From Psammoneis japonica (Eukaryota), in NCBI GenBank assembly GCA_008632985.1, contig QPGO01000275.1, positions 1-64,000 of the forward strand: a stretch of DNA of 64,000 bases, read 5' to 3'. The translations under genes were made by a program, and so were the position numbers. Positions 27,025-40,425 of this stretch are shown in pieces (the stretch's first letter is position 1; the number at the start of each line of letters is the position of its first letter). The notes under the pieces are model-generated. The model was given only the letters and a program-made list of their open reading frames with translations. It did no database searches and was not told the origin of the DNA.

Positions 27025-28770
27025 CTAAAAATCCGAGTCTTTTCCATCGTTGCTGCGGTCTGGAGTCTGATTTTGGTTTTGTCGCTTCCTCGCAAGGCTG
27101 GCCAAAGAAGCGGATTGAGACGCTTGGAGCAACTGAATGATCTCGTTCATCTGGTCTTGCATGCCTGACAATTTCTCCAAATGTTGTGATTGCACATTGT
27201 GCATTTTGGTGGCATGTTCGTCACACAGTTCTTGAAGAGCCTTCTCGTGGTGGGATTGCATTTGAGTCATTGTTCGTTGAACCTCGGCCAATCAAACGGA
27301 AGTGATTGATGAACTCAAAGAAGATTGAGCGACCTGAGAACAAGATGCCTGCGGAGACGCGACACCGGGGCATCCAGTGTAACCACAATTCGAGGCATGA
27401 AATGATGGTGGGTTCATGAATGTCTGAGGAGGAATGGGGCGGGCTGCCAACTTGTCATGACCAGAAAGAGCAGAGCAACAATTGCCTCTACCAGGCAAAG
27501 GGTTGGGTGGACAGGAGGTGCGGGGAGCATCAATGTTGGCCAGAGGAGACACATCCAAAAAGGCAAGGGACTAGAAGCTGCGGATGCCAGCGGACACAAT
27601 GGATTTGCTGGCATCTGAGGTGTCATCAAAAACTCCGGAAATCTGAGGCAGATCTTCAAAAGGAGGAGTCGAACATGCTTCTTTTGGAAGATTCGGAGTT
27701 TCGTTCAGAACACACGTTGAAATCTCAGCTCGGGCCTTTTTGAATTGAGTGCGGTGGACCAGGATGTTGTGTCTGCCAGTGGATGACACGGAAGGAGAAG
27801 GAAAAATGTCGATCACGCCCTGGATTGCTTTGATGTGATTCTCCAAGTGAAGCATCATAACCGCAGTCGTGTGCAACAACGGCACAACGAAGGTGTTGTT
27901 GTTGCGTTGAGCTTGCTTTTTGACTGCGTCACAAAAGGCAAGTGGAGACACGTGTCGAGTTTTTGCCATGAGGATGTGAGTTGGAAGTTTGTCGGATGCA
28001 CATGATAAAGTTTTTGCTGCGGTGCGGCAGTCTTCTTGTTGAACTTCAACCGAAAAGGTCACCGCACGAATTGGTGCCGATGTTCTGTTGTCATCTGACC
28101 AAACGGAAGTGGGGACTAAGCGAAACTTTGGCATTTTGGTTTTTAAATCCCCGAGCTCCTTGACAAACAACTTCGTTGCAGCATCAATGGGAGTGTGTTT
28201 TGACGCAGTGGCAATAAAATGTGCTGGACTTGCCGTGTTGACAACAGATTCGTTCCAATGATGACGCTTCAAACCCATGTTGTTTGCCTCCAAAATACTT
28301 TGAATGTTGGGGTGTGAACGAATGTCTCACAGAGGTGCTTTCGCAAGAATGTGGTGACACAAACGATGAGTGAATGGACGATTCTCGCCACTGTGAGTTG
28401 TCGAAATCTGGAAGTGGCGTTCGTGCAGGAGGGTCGAAACCCATTCGGCGACATTGACATTTGTAATTCTGGTGTTGTTGTTGTCCAAAACCTGAACTTC
28501 GTTGTGGAACGTAAACAGGATCTGACTGAGAACTTGGAGATGAGAGGCAACGAGGGCCATTGGCTTGCAAGTTGCTTCTGGACCACGAACGTCAAAACGA
28601 ACGGTCATCTCTTCAAACTGTCATTCTTTTGGTTTAGATGAAGGTTTGAGGGATGCTTGGTTGACAGCAATGTCGTCGGAAATGATCGCATCTTTGTTTG
28701 CATCAGCGGCATTGCTGCCGGCAGTGGCGGAAGACGACGCCATGGTGATTGGTGTTTCTACGGCGGGCCT
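27025..28770 (-). pseudogene. LINE ORF1
   Basis: ORFs 28327-28608, 27571-28293 and 27025-27291 (coiled-coil-like tail) lie upstream of ORF2 on the same strand. Confidence 0.6.
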
Positions 28771-29249
28771 GGCATTGAAAACACGCAGGTAAATTCAATG
28801 CTGACAAATGCAGAAAAGTGGCATCTGCTGGGAACAACTCCAATGGCTGCAGTGGAAGGAATGAGTCTGCAGAGCTGGAGGAAGATGGCCAGTCTGATGG
28901 CAAGAGCAATTCACACAATGAGCCAGTGCAAGACAAGGCGCAACACCATGATTTCAATTTCTTGGATTTGGGTTCTTGGTTGTCAAACATGTGCTGCAAC
29001 TTTGGCTTTTGTGGGCGTTGCTTACATTGTGCTGGTTGCAAAGCTCACCTTGACAAAAATGACCCCACTTCCCTGACTTGTGGGTGCGATGATTGCATTC
29101 ACGGGGCACAACTTTGTGCACTTGCATTGTGTCCTGATGTGGACTACACCACCACAGACTGTGACATTCCAGTTGAACATTGTTCAGAGAACAACAGCAT
29201 TCTAATGGCACAACTTTTATTTCTGTGGCTCCAGCACTTTTGAGTCATC

Positions 29250-30900
29250 ATCCAGATGTCCTGTCAACCCCACAATTGTGTGCCCAAATCCCAGCAGAGC
29301 CTTTTGCTTGGTTGGGTTGGTGTTGCTTTACAAAAACTTGGAATTGTGGCACAATCAATGGCAATGAAATTATCTGCAAAACAAGAGCTTTCTAATGATG
29401 TCACTTTTATTTCCACACCCCCAGGAGGATCGAATTGGCACTCAGATGTCCCACACACCCACAGCTGCGCACCAAAATCCCAGTGCGTTTTGCTCAAGCA
29501 GGCACTGCTTTACAAAAACTTGGAATTACGGCACAATCAATGGCAATGACATCACCTGCAGAACAAGAGCTTTCCAATGATGTCACTTTTATTTCCATGC
29601 CTGCACTGCACCTGAATCATCATCCAGATGTTCTGCCAACCCCGCAGCTGTGCACCAAAGTCCCAGTGTGTTTTGCTCAAGCAGGCGTCACTCCAGCTAG
29701 AGTTGGAATTGTGGGAGAATCAAAGGCAACAACGCTGTCTACAGAATGAGATCTTTCTGACAATGTGGCTTTCATTTCCATGCCTCTAGCACATCCAAAT
29801 CACCATCCAGATGTCCCGCTGACCCACACTTGCGTGCCCAAACCCCAATGCATTTTGCTCAAGTGGAGGCATTGCTTTACAAGAACTTGGAATTGTGGCG
29901 CAATCAACAGCAACATCATCATCCACAGAATGATGGCTTTCTAATGACGTTGCTTTCATTGCCATGCCCCTGATGCATCCAAGTTGGCATTCAGACATCC
30001 TGCCAACCCAGCAGCTGCACACCCAAATCCCAGTGCGTTTTGCTTGAGGTGCCATGCACAGACTCAACTTTGCTAAACTTGCACCAGAGCATGTGCAGAA
30101 AAGATGCAAAATCACAGTGCTGATCTGCAATCCAAGATTCCATCTCTGACAGTGTGAACCCCACAAAAATTCTGGACCAAACTCCTGCGTGGGACTCAAC
30201 ACAACATGGCATGACTCAGAGGAGCTGGGTGACAATGATGTCTCTTTGCAAGACCCAACAAACCACACGTGCATGGAAAGATCATCAAGAGCAGATGTTG
30301 ATTGCAACAGTCAAACTGCAGCTCACACATCCATGTCCAAAGATGCCACAGATTGCAATCTAATGCCTTCTAATTTGTGATTGAGGAAATCCAATGGCAT
30401 CTTTGGACATGTTGGTGTGAGACGCAGTTTGACCCCCCAAACCTTCTTCCCAAATGTGTGCTTGAGACACTTCAACACCTCTTTCTTTGTGACACTTGAC
30501 ATGTTGACAAAATGATTGCCACTGAAAGTCTTTGCTCCACTCAGCAGACTCATTGCAGCTTTAGCACTGCCATCCATGGCCCACAAGCAACAGCACATGA
30601 GACTGTGTCTGATGCCTTGAGCAGGCGTTGGTTTACAAAAACTTGGAATTGCAGCACAGTCAATGGCAGTGACATCATCTGCTGAACAAGAGCTTTCTGA
30701 TGATGTCACTTGTGTTTCCACACCTGTGCAGCACATCCAAGTCATCATCCAGACATTCTGCCGACCCCCCGTGTGCACCAAAATCCCACTGCATTTTGCT
30801 CAAACAGGCGTTGCTCCAGCTGGAGCAGAAATTGTGGGACAATCAAAGGCAATGACACCATCTGCAGAATGACAACTTTCCAATGGTGTTGCTTTTGTTC
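29250..30900. repeat. Tandem array, ~183 bp unit, interrupted at ~30050-30620
   Basis: Recurring tccagatgtc...caaatcccagtgcg...tacaaaaacttggaattgtggcacaatcaatggcaatga...agagctttctaatgatgtcactt at ~29251, 29441, 29623, 29806, 29991, then ~30625-30900. Confidence 0.88.
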
Positions 30901-31189
30901 CCATGACCACAGCAGATTGGTTCTCCAGTTGTGGTTCAATGCCATCAACGACAATGACGCCACATTTCTGCTGCTGCGAGGTGGGCAAACAATGTCAGCA
31001 GTTCTCAATGAATCTGAGATTTGTCACCAAATTGGACACTGCTCATGACAAACCCTTGGGGATGGACCTTTCTTTAAGCCAACACTGGACCTGAGGATGC
31101 AAGTTGTGGTTGCATCCCATGGGCTTGTCTGTGGAAAGGAGTGGCTCACCCTGTTGGTGCTGACCTGGTCCAGTGTTGACTGAAGGAAG

Positions 31190-31830
31190 ATGCAATTCAT
31201 CATCATCAACTCAGAGGTCTCTCAAAATGTTGTGCAAGTGAAACATTCATTGAATCACCAAGAAACACCTGCGCAATGGAAAAGGCAAGGGCCACCAAAA
31301 AATCCCAAACTTCTGGCAGACATTGCCCCACATGCGCTCAATGCAATTGTGGCAGCCTTTGTTCAGATGACAGTTGAAGGCATCCTTGCATGGCTCACGA
31401 TCTGCAAGCATGGTGCCTGTCCATGGACCTGCCTGATTTGCGCCACAGCCGCAAGCCTCATCCAAAGAGATGTGGCAGTGCCTCTCTGTGCCACGACACT
31501 TGACTTGGATTTCATTCTCCCATCTTCTGCCCATGGCGCACAACTCCCAAGCCATCCTGTCATGAGCATTTCCTGTGGCATGGACATCCAAGACTTGGCA
31601 CTTTGGGACAGCATCTGCAATTGCTTGGATGCAAATTGCTGGAAAACCCTTTTGATTGATGCGCAACATTGGGTTCTTGCATTTGTCGCTACACCGGGCA
31701 TGTGAATTCTCACAGCATGTCCATCCAGTGCTCCCACATGACCCAAGCGCAGTTCAGGAAGATTGTTCTTGTTTGTTGAGACTTGATTTGCCATGAATCA
31801 AAGCTCTGGCTCTGTCGTGGGAAAACACAC
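31190..31830 (-). pseudogene. PIF/Harbinger DDE transposase fragment
   Basis: 'HVGALDGHAVRIHMP', 'INQKGFPAICIQAIADA', 'GNAHDRMAW', 'LDEAC...PWTG...KDAFNCHL...IERMWG...FGIFWWPL' (DDE_Tnp_4-type motifs with Y->C/H). Confidence 0.82.
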
Positions 31831-33269
31831 AGTGCCAACATCAGCTGGAACAATCACCTTGAAAAAATCCAACAATGTGTCCTCCACACAAGTGTGACCC
31901 ACACCAAAAGCAAACACAAGAGCCCCCAACAAACAACCTCCAGCCCCCATGCAACCAACTTTCAATTTTTCATTGACCGCAAGTGGCCTCCTGTTGCAAT
32001 CCTGTCATCCCCCCACCATGTTGGCATCTGACAACCTTGGCTTCAAATGTGGGTGTGCAATTTGTTTTGGAGACATTCTGTGGTGTGTGGGGGCATTCTG
32101 AAAACAGCGACAAATTCTCCTGAGAGCAAGGAGGCACAACATGAATTGAGCAAGTCCCAAACAATGCATTTTGCATGAGAATGCTCTTGTGATGATTCTC
32201 GTGCTTCAATGGCATCAGCATGACACAAAATGGCAGTGAGTTCTGCCAACAAAGCCAGGCTCTTTTTTTCTTTTTCCTTGGTCTCATTGCCACCAATGCA
32301 CTGAGATCTGGTGGAGCTTCATCAAAAGAAGACATGGCAAGTTTGCATGAGCGTGATTGATTTGCTTTTTCTGTCAACACCACTGGTGCTTCAGCTCTGC
32401 TCATGAGAAGATGCCTCCAAACACCGTGCACTTTGCAGCTCTTGCCCATTGTGAGTGTGAAATCAGGGACAGTCTCAGAGACATCAAAATTCAGAAAGTG
32501 ACATCACATCTGACAATTTTGAAAAATGTCATTTTGCAGACTGTGCAAGGGTTTGCAAGGGCAACGGAACAGGTCAGCACCATTGTTCAGTTCCCACGCA
32601 CTGCATTTTCAGCCAATCAAATTGTGTTTCAACTCCATCATGAGTCAGCAGAAGCCAAATGTGACACATCATCACTTGACAACATCAACATCCTTTTTGG
32701 CATTTGTGACTCATCATCACTCAAGAGATGACAAAATGGAAATGGATTGTGGACAGATGCAGTGGTGGGAAAACTGCACATTCAGAAACATGCATCAACA
32801 ACCACAGTCACTGCGGCATCACCATGGCCACTCCACTCCATTCATGCCATCACACTGGGACAGCAAGACAGGCAAGAGCATTCATCCAAGGAAACTCAAA
32901 TGCCTTGAGTTTTGTGGTGGCATTTGTTGTTTGAAGACTCCTCAAAGTTGTTGCATTCTTTTCCATTTTCTGCCAGTGCTGATGGTGGGTGTTTTTTCTC
33001 TTCTGCCGACAAGATCATTCATGAGTCAACTGGCACTGGCGTGATGCAATGGGTGAGAGAACCACAAAGACTGTGAAAATGTCTCGAGTTTGAGGGGGGC
33101 ATTTGTCATTTGACAACTCCCAAAATTTGTTGTGTTCTTTTCTGTTTTCTGCTGGTGCAGATGGTTGGTGTTCTTTGTTTTGTTCACTGCCAACAACAAG
33201 ATCATGGCAAACAATCAGCCATGGAAAGACACACATTGGTGGTTGGTTGGCACCAGCAGGACTTTGCTC

Positions 33270-33830
33270 CTCTTTCAACACATTGAACATTGGTTGACTG
33301 CAGTGCATTTGCTCCAGAAGAAACCCGCAGGTGCGAGCAGGCACAACACAACCATGTGTGCTGTTGCACACATGATGCTTTGGGCACTTGCACCAAAATC
33401 ATTCTCTGCTTTGACACAGATGCTTCTGGCAGATGATTCTGGCTGTGGACACATTGAATGTTGGTTGACTGCAATTCATTAGCTCCAGAAGGAACCTGCA
33501 GGTGTGAGCATGCACGACGCGACCACGTGTGTCATTTTGGACATGATGCTTCCGGCCCTTGCACCAAAATTGTTCTTTTCTTTGGTGCAGACACTGCTGG
33601 CTGTAGAGTGGGGATTGCTGCCACAATCTCGCCAACAAACATTGACCACAATGCATGCACTCTCTCTAAAAGAATCCCACAGTGGTTTTTGTGCATGGGA
33701 ATGCATGCACGACATGACCACGGAGGCCGTTTTGCACATGACTCTTCTGGCCCTCACAGCAAAATGCTTCTTCAGCTCTTCTTCTCTTCTTTGACATGGA
33801 TGCTGCTGGCTCTGGAGTGGGGGTTGCCAC
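33270..33830. repeat. Degenerate tandem repeat, ~170-190 bp unit, 3 copies
   Basis: acattgaa..ttggttgactgca..gctccagaag..gcaggtg..cacatgatgctt..gcaccaaaat at ~33278 and ~33450; weaker third copy ~33638. Confidence 0.7.
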
Positions 33831-34079
33831 TGCCGGATGCACCACTTGGAGGTTGGCAGGGAAGCAAAAGGGTGATGGACTGACAAACAAACCAGTGCTT
33901 GGTTGCATCCATGGTGATGGCAGCATCGGAACCAGAAGGACAGGAGGAGGCAGTGGAGGTGCAATTGCATTTAGCTGTTGACGCCATTGGAAGTGATGGA
34001 TGCTGCCATGTTGCGGCTGTTCTTGACTGGCAGTTTGCTGTGGTGAGTTTTTGGTCTCAATTCCAAACAAAAGGGACTT

Positions 34080-36400
34080 GTCAGAATTGCAGACAATGAC
34101 TCATGCTCATTCCCATTGCTGCCTTCATCACCAACAGTGCTAGAGTGTTGCTGCCTTTGGACATGTGGCAGCAGCTCAGGGTTGGAAATGCATTTGGGGC
34201 ACTGACACCAACTGTTGGTTGGGTGCTTGGGACACTGAGAGTGCTGCTGTCTCTGAGACAGCAAGCACTCAGAAACAAATTCATCCCCATCATCCTCAGG
34301 GCACTCTGGAAGATTTTGGTGCCACGGGAATTTTGAACCATGCTTTGATGCCCTGCTGTTGATTTTACAGAGCTTGAGATGGGACAGGAACCTTGGCTCA
34401 TTTTGAAAATGGCTCGGCACTTCCTTGGCTGTCTCCACTCCAAAGAGTTCAAGCCACAGTTTCAAATTGTGCCTTGCACTCCCTTGCAGGTTGAGACTGT
34501 CTGCAAGCTCCCATCGCATCCCCATGTTTGCAAAGTGTGCCATGAGATGGTGACACTTTTCAAGTGAGGACTGTCCTTTTTTGGTGATCCATGGTGAAAG
34601 CTTGTGTTTTGACTTTGCCAATGGCTTGATCTCCTGGCAGCAGTCTCCAACGATCTTGGGTGAGTGCTGGACATTCTCAATCAATGCATCCCCAATGCTT
34701 GTCTTGCCCCTTCCATGAATGGCGTCTTTCCATTGTCCAACTTGCCTTGTCCTGGTGGCTCACCTTTGGTGTTTGCAACCTTGAACTTGCACCATCACTC
34801 TCTCAGGTGAATCCAAGACAGTGCTGTTGGGACGGGAACTTTGTGCATGAGAGAACTGCAATGCTGCATCCACCTCTTGCTTTGTCTCAAATTGGACATT
34901 TCTTGTGGGTCATGGATCTTTCCATTGACAGTTCCATCTTGCAGCACCATGACAACACCAGACTTGTCCTCTTGATTGAATGCACACAGGCAACTTAAGA
35001 ACTGTCGGAGAGCTGAGTTGAAGTCCTTGTGGTTGCGACGCATGAATTTTGTGATGCATTGAATTGCATGGAACAATCCAAGTCAACCAACAATTGTGGC
35101 ACCAAAGATGATTTGGCAGAAAGGGTCAAGCTTCAGCCATGTGTTGGTGTGCACACACTTGGGTGCAAAGTTGTTTTGATGAGCCATCTGCTCAATTGCA
35201 TGGGAACAATCAGACATGGCAGTGGAGTTGACAAGACCTGCAAAGGTTGTAAATCCAGCATCAGTCAACTGCATTGCACACACATCAGCACCCAACAATG
35301 ATGGATGATTTGCAATGACGGAGTGTGTGTGGTTGACTGTGGTTGAAGTCTTGCATCCATGTGATTGAATCTCTCACTTGTGATGATCATCATCACTCAC
35401 ACCACAAGCTGTCAGATCTGACTGGTTGGCTTCAAGAGCCAGGTCAAGCAGCTGAGCGCCAGAAGGAGGAAGCTGTCCATGCCATTCTTGCAAAGAAGGC
35501 AAGTCCAGAAATGCTGCATCCTGGTTGGTCTTGTCAGAGCTGCAGTGTGACAGCTTCATTTCTTCCTGCCGGTGGTTTTGGCTTTTGAAAAGTGATCAAG
35601 AGAACCATTGTGTGCTTGATTCTGTCAATGCAGCCTCTTCCAACCAAGAAGACACCTTGTTGTGGAGCAGGAAGATGCTTGGGGTCCACCAGGAATGTGG
35701 CACAACCACAGTCTGGAAGGGCATTCAGGACATGCCCATCACTCGACCTGACAAGAGCCTTGCAACAAGAGCACTTTAAGGTTGTGCCATGCTCCCAGTC
35801 AGTGCGGCCAACCACTCTGAACACCGGGGTCACACTGCTCGCAAACCTTGCTCCACCACACTCAACCCTTGCATGTTCAAGAGTCCCAGAGCTGCAGGCA
35901 GTGCACAACAGAGGTGCATCGGGGAGATTGAGCTCCCGCCATGTAAGATGTGTTGCAGTGCCTTGAATGGATTCACACATGGGATTGGGAGTCACATGGA
36001 AAGTGGTCGCAGCGCCATTTGATGCATTTGTCACAGTCACTGCAAAGTCAAGGGCACTGCATGTGAATAAATTCAAGCAACGCCAAAATTGGGAGAGGCA
36101 CTTTGACACTTTCATGAGCCAATTGAGCAGTTTCAGATGAACTCCAAGTTGCCATTGCTGCTGGCATTGCTTTCTTCAGGAGGCCAGCAGTCATTTTCTT
36201 GTGTGGAAATGGCTCAACTCCACTCTTTGGCACCTTGCTGCTTGACACATTGTGCACAATGGCTGCATTCTCTGGAGGTGTGTCCCAGAAGTCTTCTTCA
36301 ACCTCCTCTTCACCATTGTCTTCAGGGGGGAACAGGCAGTCACGCAACAAAATCCTTCTTTGCATCAAATTGTTTTTGCACTCACGGGGCATTGACAACA
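34080..36400 (-). pseudogene. Dada-like DDE transposase relic
   Basis: CxxC...CxxC N-terminal ribbon (35534-36115), 'TTVNHTHSVIAN' (xDHT-like), 'PKCVHTNTW', 'LGLFHAIQCITK', 'KGQSSLEKCHHLMAHFAN'. Superfamily assignment is from motif memory only. Confidence 0.5.
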
Positions 36401-37069
36401 GAAACTCGAGCGTTTTTCTTTAATGCTGAAATCAGCATGCCATCTGGACAAACACAGCTGTCTGTGCTTGGGTTCTTGTGACAAGTCTTGTCATGGCCAT
36501 GCTTGCATGACTTGCCTTTGACACATCGTTTGCACACCTTGGTGCTGAAGTCCACATGACTGGTGATTTTTTTGTGAAACTTGCTGTTGCTCCCAAGCAA
36601 GTTGCAGTTGTGATTGAATTTGTGCTCCTTCCTTTGTGCTTCCTCTTTTGCTTTTTATTTGGCTCTTGCTTCTTGTGAGCATGCGTTCCTGGCGGCTGAG
36701 GCCTGCTGCTCAAGCTTCTTCTGCCGGGAAGGGCTCGACTGGCTTTTGGGCCTCATTTCTTTGCAAATGAGACTGGGCATGATGACAAGAGAAAAAGCAC
36801 ACCAAAAGGCGTTCCTTCTATGTTGAAAGGCAGTGTGAAGGGAGAGGCTTCATTTGGCTGAAGTGCACACCTCAAAACATGCAACAAGGGTTGTTCTCAT
36901 TGTGGGTGCAGCTGAAGATCAAAGTGAAAATGGTGCATGCCAACACACGTCTTTTCCACAGAGTTGTCCTGCTGTGGGGGGGATGTTGCAGGTCCCCAAA
37001 TGAACTCTGTTTTGCATGGGGGCCTTGAGCAATGACAGCACCCCCCCCAAAAAATGTCGGTCTTGGGTT

Positions 37070-40000
37070 GTTTGCATTCATTCAGTGCAATTTACACATT
37101 TGGTTTCACCAAGTTGGGCCCTCTCTCTAAGTGGTTGTCCACACAGATGGCATGACAGCACACATGCTGTCTCTGGCTGTGGCACTTCTGGTGCTAATTC
37201 TACAACACAGCACATGAAACAGCATGTTTTTGCACAAAAAATCGTGCCGGCGATTGATCCGTGGCTCCAGAGGGCAACAAACTCGTTTCTTGTGTGTTCA
37301 GAAGCCTTGGAATGCTGCTGCAAATCGATTTTCTTTGTGCATTTCACACGCCCCCATGCCCGTTGATGTTCAATGAAGTTCCATCAATGGAAAAACAATT
37401 GAGGAGCATTGGAAAAATCGTGGTGGCGTTTTGGACTGGGACATCACATTGACAGCACATTTTGTCCAAACGTGCCTTCTGCACGGACAACCACTGGCCA
37501 GAGTTAGTTCTCATAGATGGGCATCTCATCCACAACATCTGCAGTGCCTGTGACATCAATTCTTGCACTCAACAGGCCAATTTTCTTGTGCAATGTCACG
37601 TGCAGTTTGCAAACAGACTTGGGGAAAGCGGCTGAGCCCTGCTCTCTGCATCAGAGACATTGTTCATCCACATTTTTTGACAGATCAGTTTCTGTGTCTG
37701 CTCATGTGGCCATGCATGTTGTTGCTGTCTTTGATTGCAGAGGCACATTGGAGTTGACAATGCAAGGCACAATGGGATGTCAAGAAACCATTCATTGTCA
37801 ACCCCTTTCTTTTGCACCTGAGCTGTCAGAATGGGATGATCTGGCCAGCCTGGCATCACAAGTTTTGGAGCTTGTTGCAGTGCAAACAGTTGGATCCACT
37901 CTTGTGTGCTGCTTTTGTGCCCAGCAGTTTTTTTACTTGGCAGAGACACCCGACTTTGCGAATGTCATGGAGCAAGTTCGAGCATTTCTTGGACACTGGC
38001 GGGTGCTTCTGAGCCATCAAACGCTTGAGAAAAGTGGTGACAGAAGGTTGAACACCCATTTTTGTGAACATTGATTTCTTCAAATCTTCTTCCAACCATG
38101 ACTCTTTTCCTTCATGGATGGGGCATTTGCACTCATTGTCAGCAAGAACCATTTGGAACCCAAAGAATGTGAGGAGCTGTTCATGCACAACGTCATTGGT
38201 TTTGGGATTCCCATGGCATGGAGTCCAAGCACTCGTTGCCTGTTGGGTGATTAACTCCTTGAGCCAGCACAAAGCTGATGTGAGCCTTTTCTTCTTTTTT
38301 GGCTGACACTCCAGCTTGAGGATTTGTGTGAGTGGTGTCTTCTGTTGTTGCACCCACCCATGGTGGCAAACAACTTCAAACAAACAAGAGTTGCGCCTTC
38401 ATCTCCCACTCACTCAAGGCCACTGCAGCTGGCAAAGAGATTGCATGTTGTGATGCAAGTTTGGCTGATCTCTTTTGTGTTGTGTCAACAATTGCTTCAT
38501 TCATTTTGAAATTTCTGTGCCAAAACAGGAATTTTGACAAGTTGGAATGTTTTTGAGATCTTTTTGAAAGATTGTCACTTTGTCACAGACAGTTGGGGGG
38601 ATCAAGTCATGCCTTGAGTCCCACCGCTTCTTTTCACTTCATTGTCACACAACGCATCAGCCCTGAAAAGGCAACTTCACCTTTCATTCCTGCTGAACAG
38701 GGTCCTTCTGTTCAATGGAATTCCCAGCCATCACAATGTGCAGCAGTTGTTTGGAGAGAAACAGCCATCAGATCTTTTTGGGGCATCTCACTGCCTGCTG
38801 TTATAAAGAACATCTTAGCTGACCCCAACACCATGAAGAAAGTGGGAGCCTTTGTTGTTGTTGCTGCTCTGGCGGTCTTTTACGCTGCTGCCATGTGTGG
38901 AACAATCCTCAGGGTGGTGTTGACAAAGAGTCCTTGTGCAATTTCCACTCCAATCAACAATGCCAAAACCTGCAGCAGGACATTGATCATGAGGATGACT
39001 GGGAACCTCTTGTTGGACACTGGAAAGGCACTCTGGGTGTGCCACCCAGATTAGAGTTGCACCTCATCATTCATGTCTTGCCCATTTTTGGACAAGCCTT
39101 TGTGTGCAGTCCTGATCAGGGAGGTCAATTCATCCCTGCCACGGCAACATGGTTCACAATCTAGACACCAATGAGACTCATTTCTTTGTTGACACCATGG
39201 ATGGTGTGTGCATTGGAAAGCTTGATGATGCAACTGAAAATGTGAGGATGGGAACATGGAAGCAACATGGCAGAAGCATGTCTCTGGATTGTGGTCATTG
39301 TGATCTGCCTGACAAGGAGATGAGCGTTCCTCATGAGACTCAGTTTGCAGTGGAAAAAACAGTGACAGGAGATCCAGAGATGATTTTTGGAATGGAAGGC
39401 TGTTGGCACGGCTACCCAGATGATGATGACTGTGACCGAGATGTGCCATGTCCTCCGCTGTTGGTCATCATTCAAATGGAAAAGTCAGATGACAATGTTG
39501 TGGAACCAAAGCTGTTTCTTCCCAATCAGAGTCACCTGCCAGTGCCAATTTAGTCCTTTTTGATTGACATTGATGACAAGGTCAAAATCATGCATGATGG
39601 CAGTGACTCAATTTTTCAAGGCACACTGGATGAAAAGGCAATGACTGGCACTGTCAAGTGTGACAGTGCAGATGCAGCATTGGCCTTGACCTTGTTGTGG
39701 AGCAATGATCATCCTAAACATGTGTTGGCAGAACAGTTTCCAAAGGAAATTGTCAACTGAGCAACAACAATCTCACCACACTGTGCTGCAAACAGAGGTC
39801 AATCTCACCACTGTGTGGAAACGCACTGCAAATGGAGCTCACATTCTTGACTGGCAGATGCATTTGGACCAATGGGCTTGATGAAACAAACTAAGAACAA
39901 AGTCAAGAACAACTCAAAGGACTGTTGTTGACTGGCTGACAAAGAAGCCGGCCATGCTGGATGCCACACACGACCCCCATGTCATTTTCTTGTCTGAAAA

Positions 40001-40425
40001 CCCACACACAAAACCTCTTGTGTCAGCGAAGAAATGCACGACACCCTCTCAGCTTGAGCACAGCTTGAGGACACCTGGGAATGGAGACAAAAGGATTTGC
40101 TTGTGGTGGACAGATGCAGTTGAGCAGAAACAATTGGGGCCCCAGCAAGTGAAAAGATGATTCAAACAGAAGGTTTTCATGCATGCTGGTGAGATGTGGT
40201 GGGATGACAAACAACACAGCACCAATCAGTGCGAGCAACAATGAATGTCTGGCAAGCATGCAAAGGCAGACAGTTCAAAGTTTGCTGTTTGTTTGAAACA
40301 AAGCTAAAGCAATGGTTTCATCCTCCTGGAACAAACCAATGATGCCACTTTCTTTTTCTTCTAGCCTCCCTAAAACTGCCACTTTCTTTTTCTTCCAGCC
40401 TCCCCAAAGCCAAACAGATCTGGCT
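37070..40425. repeat. Segmental repeat copy B (longest)
   Basis: Colinear with 16165-19130 and 45270-46882. Confidence 0.88.

Larger units (their letters stand above)
20870..28790 (-). mobile_element. Large non-LTR retrotransposon (LINE; diatom Ambal-like) with ORF1 and APE-RT-RNaseH-ZnF ORF2
   Basis: APE 'KPGGT..DPLGRWS..GDFNA..TYTRGSKRLDFVL..SDHRA'; RT 'IFKEPGNNKIHRL', 'GTGQGS', 'GCVDD'; RNase H 'SDGSVK..AEACG..CDNSSLI..HWVKGHQD..LNVRADVLA'; 'CTHC..EDRDHILRC'; 'QDAIGWRHLFSG'. Ends approximate. Confidence 0.88.
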
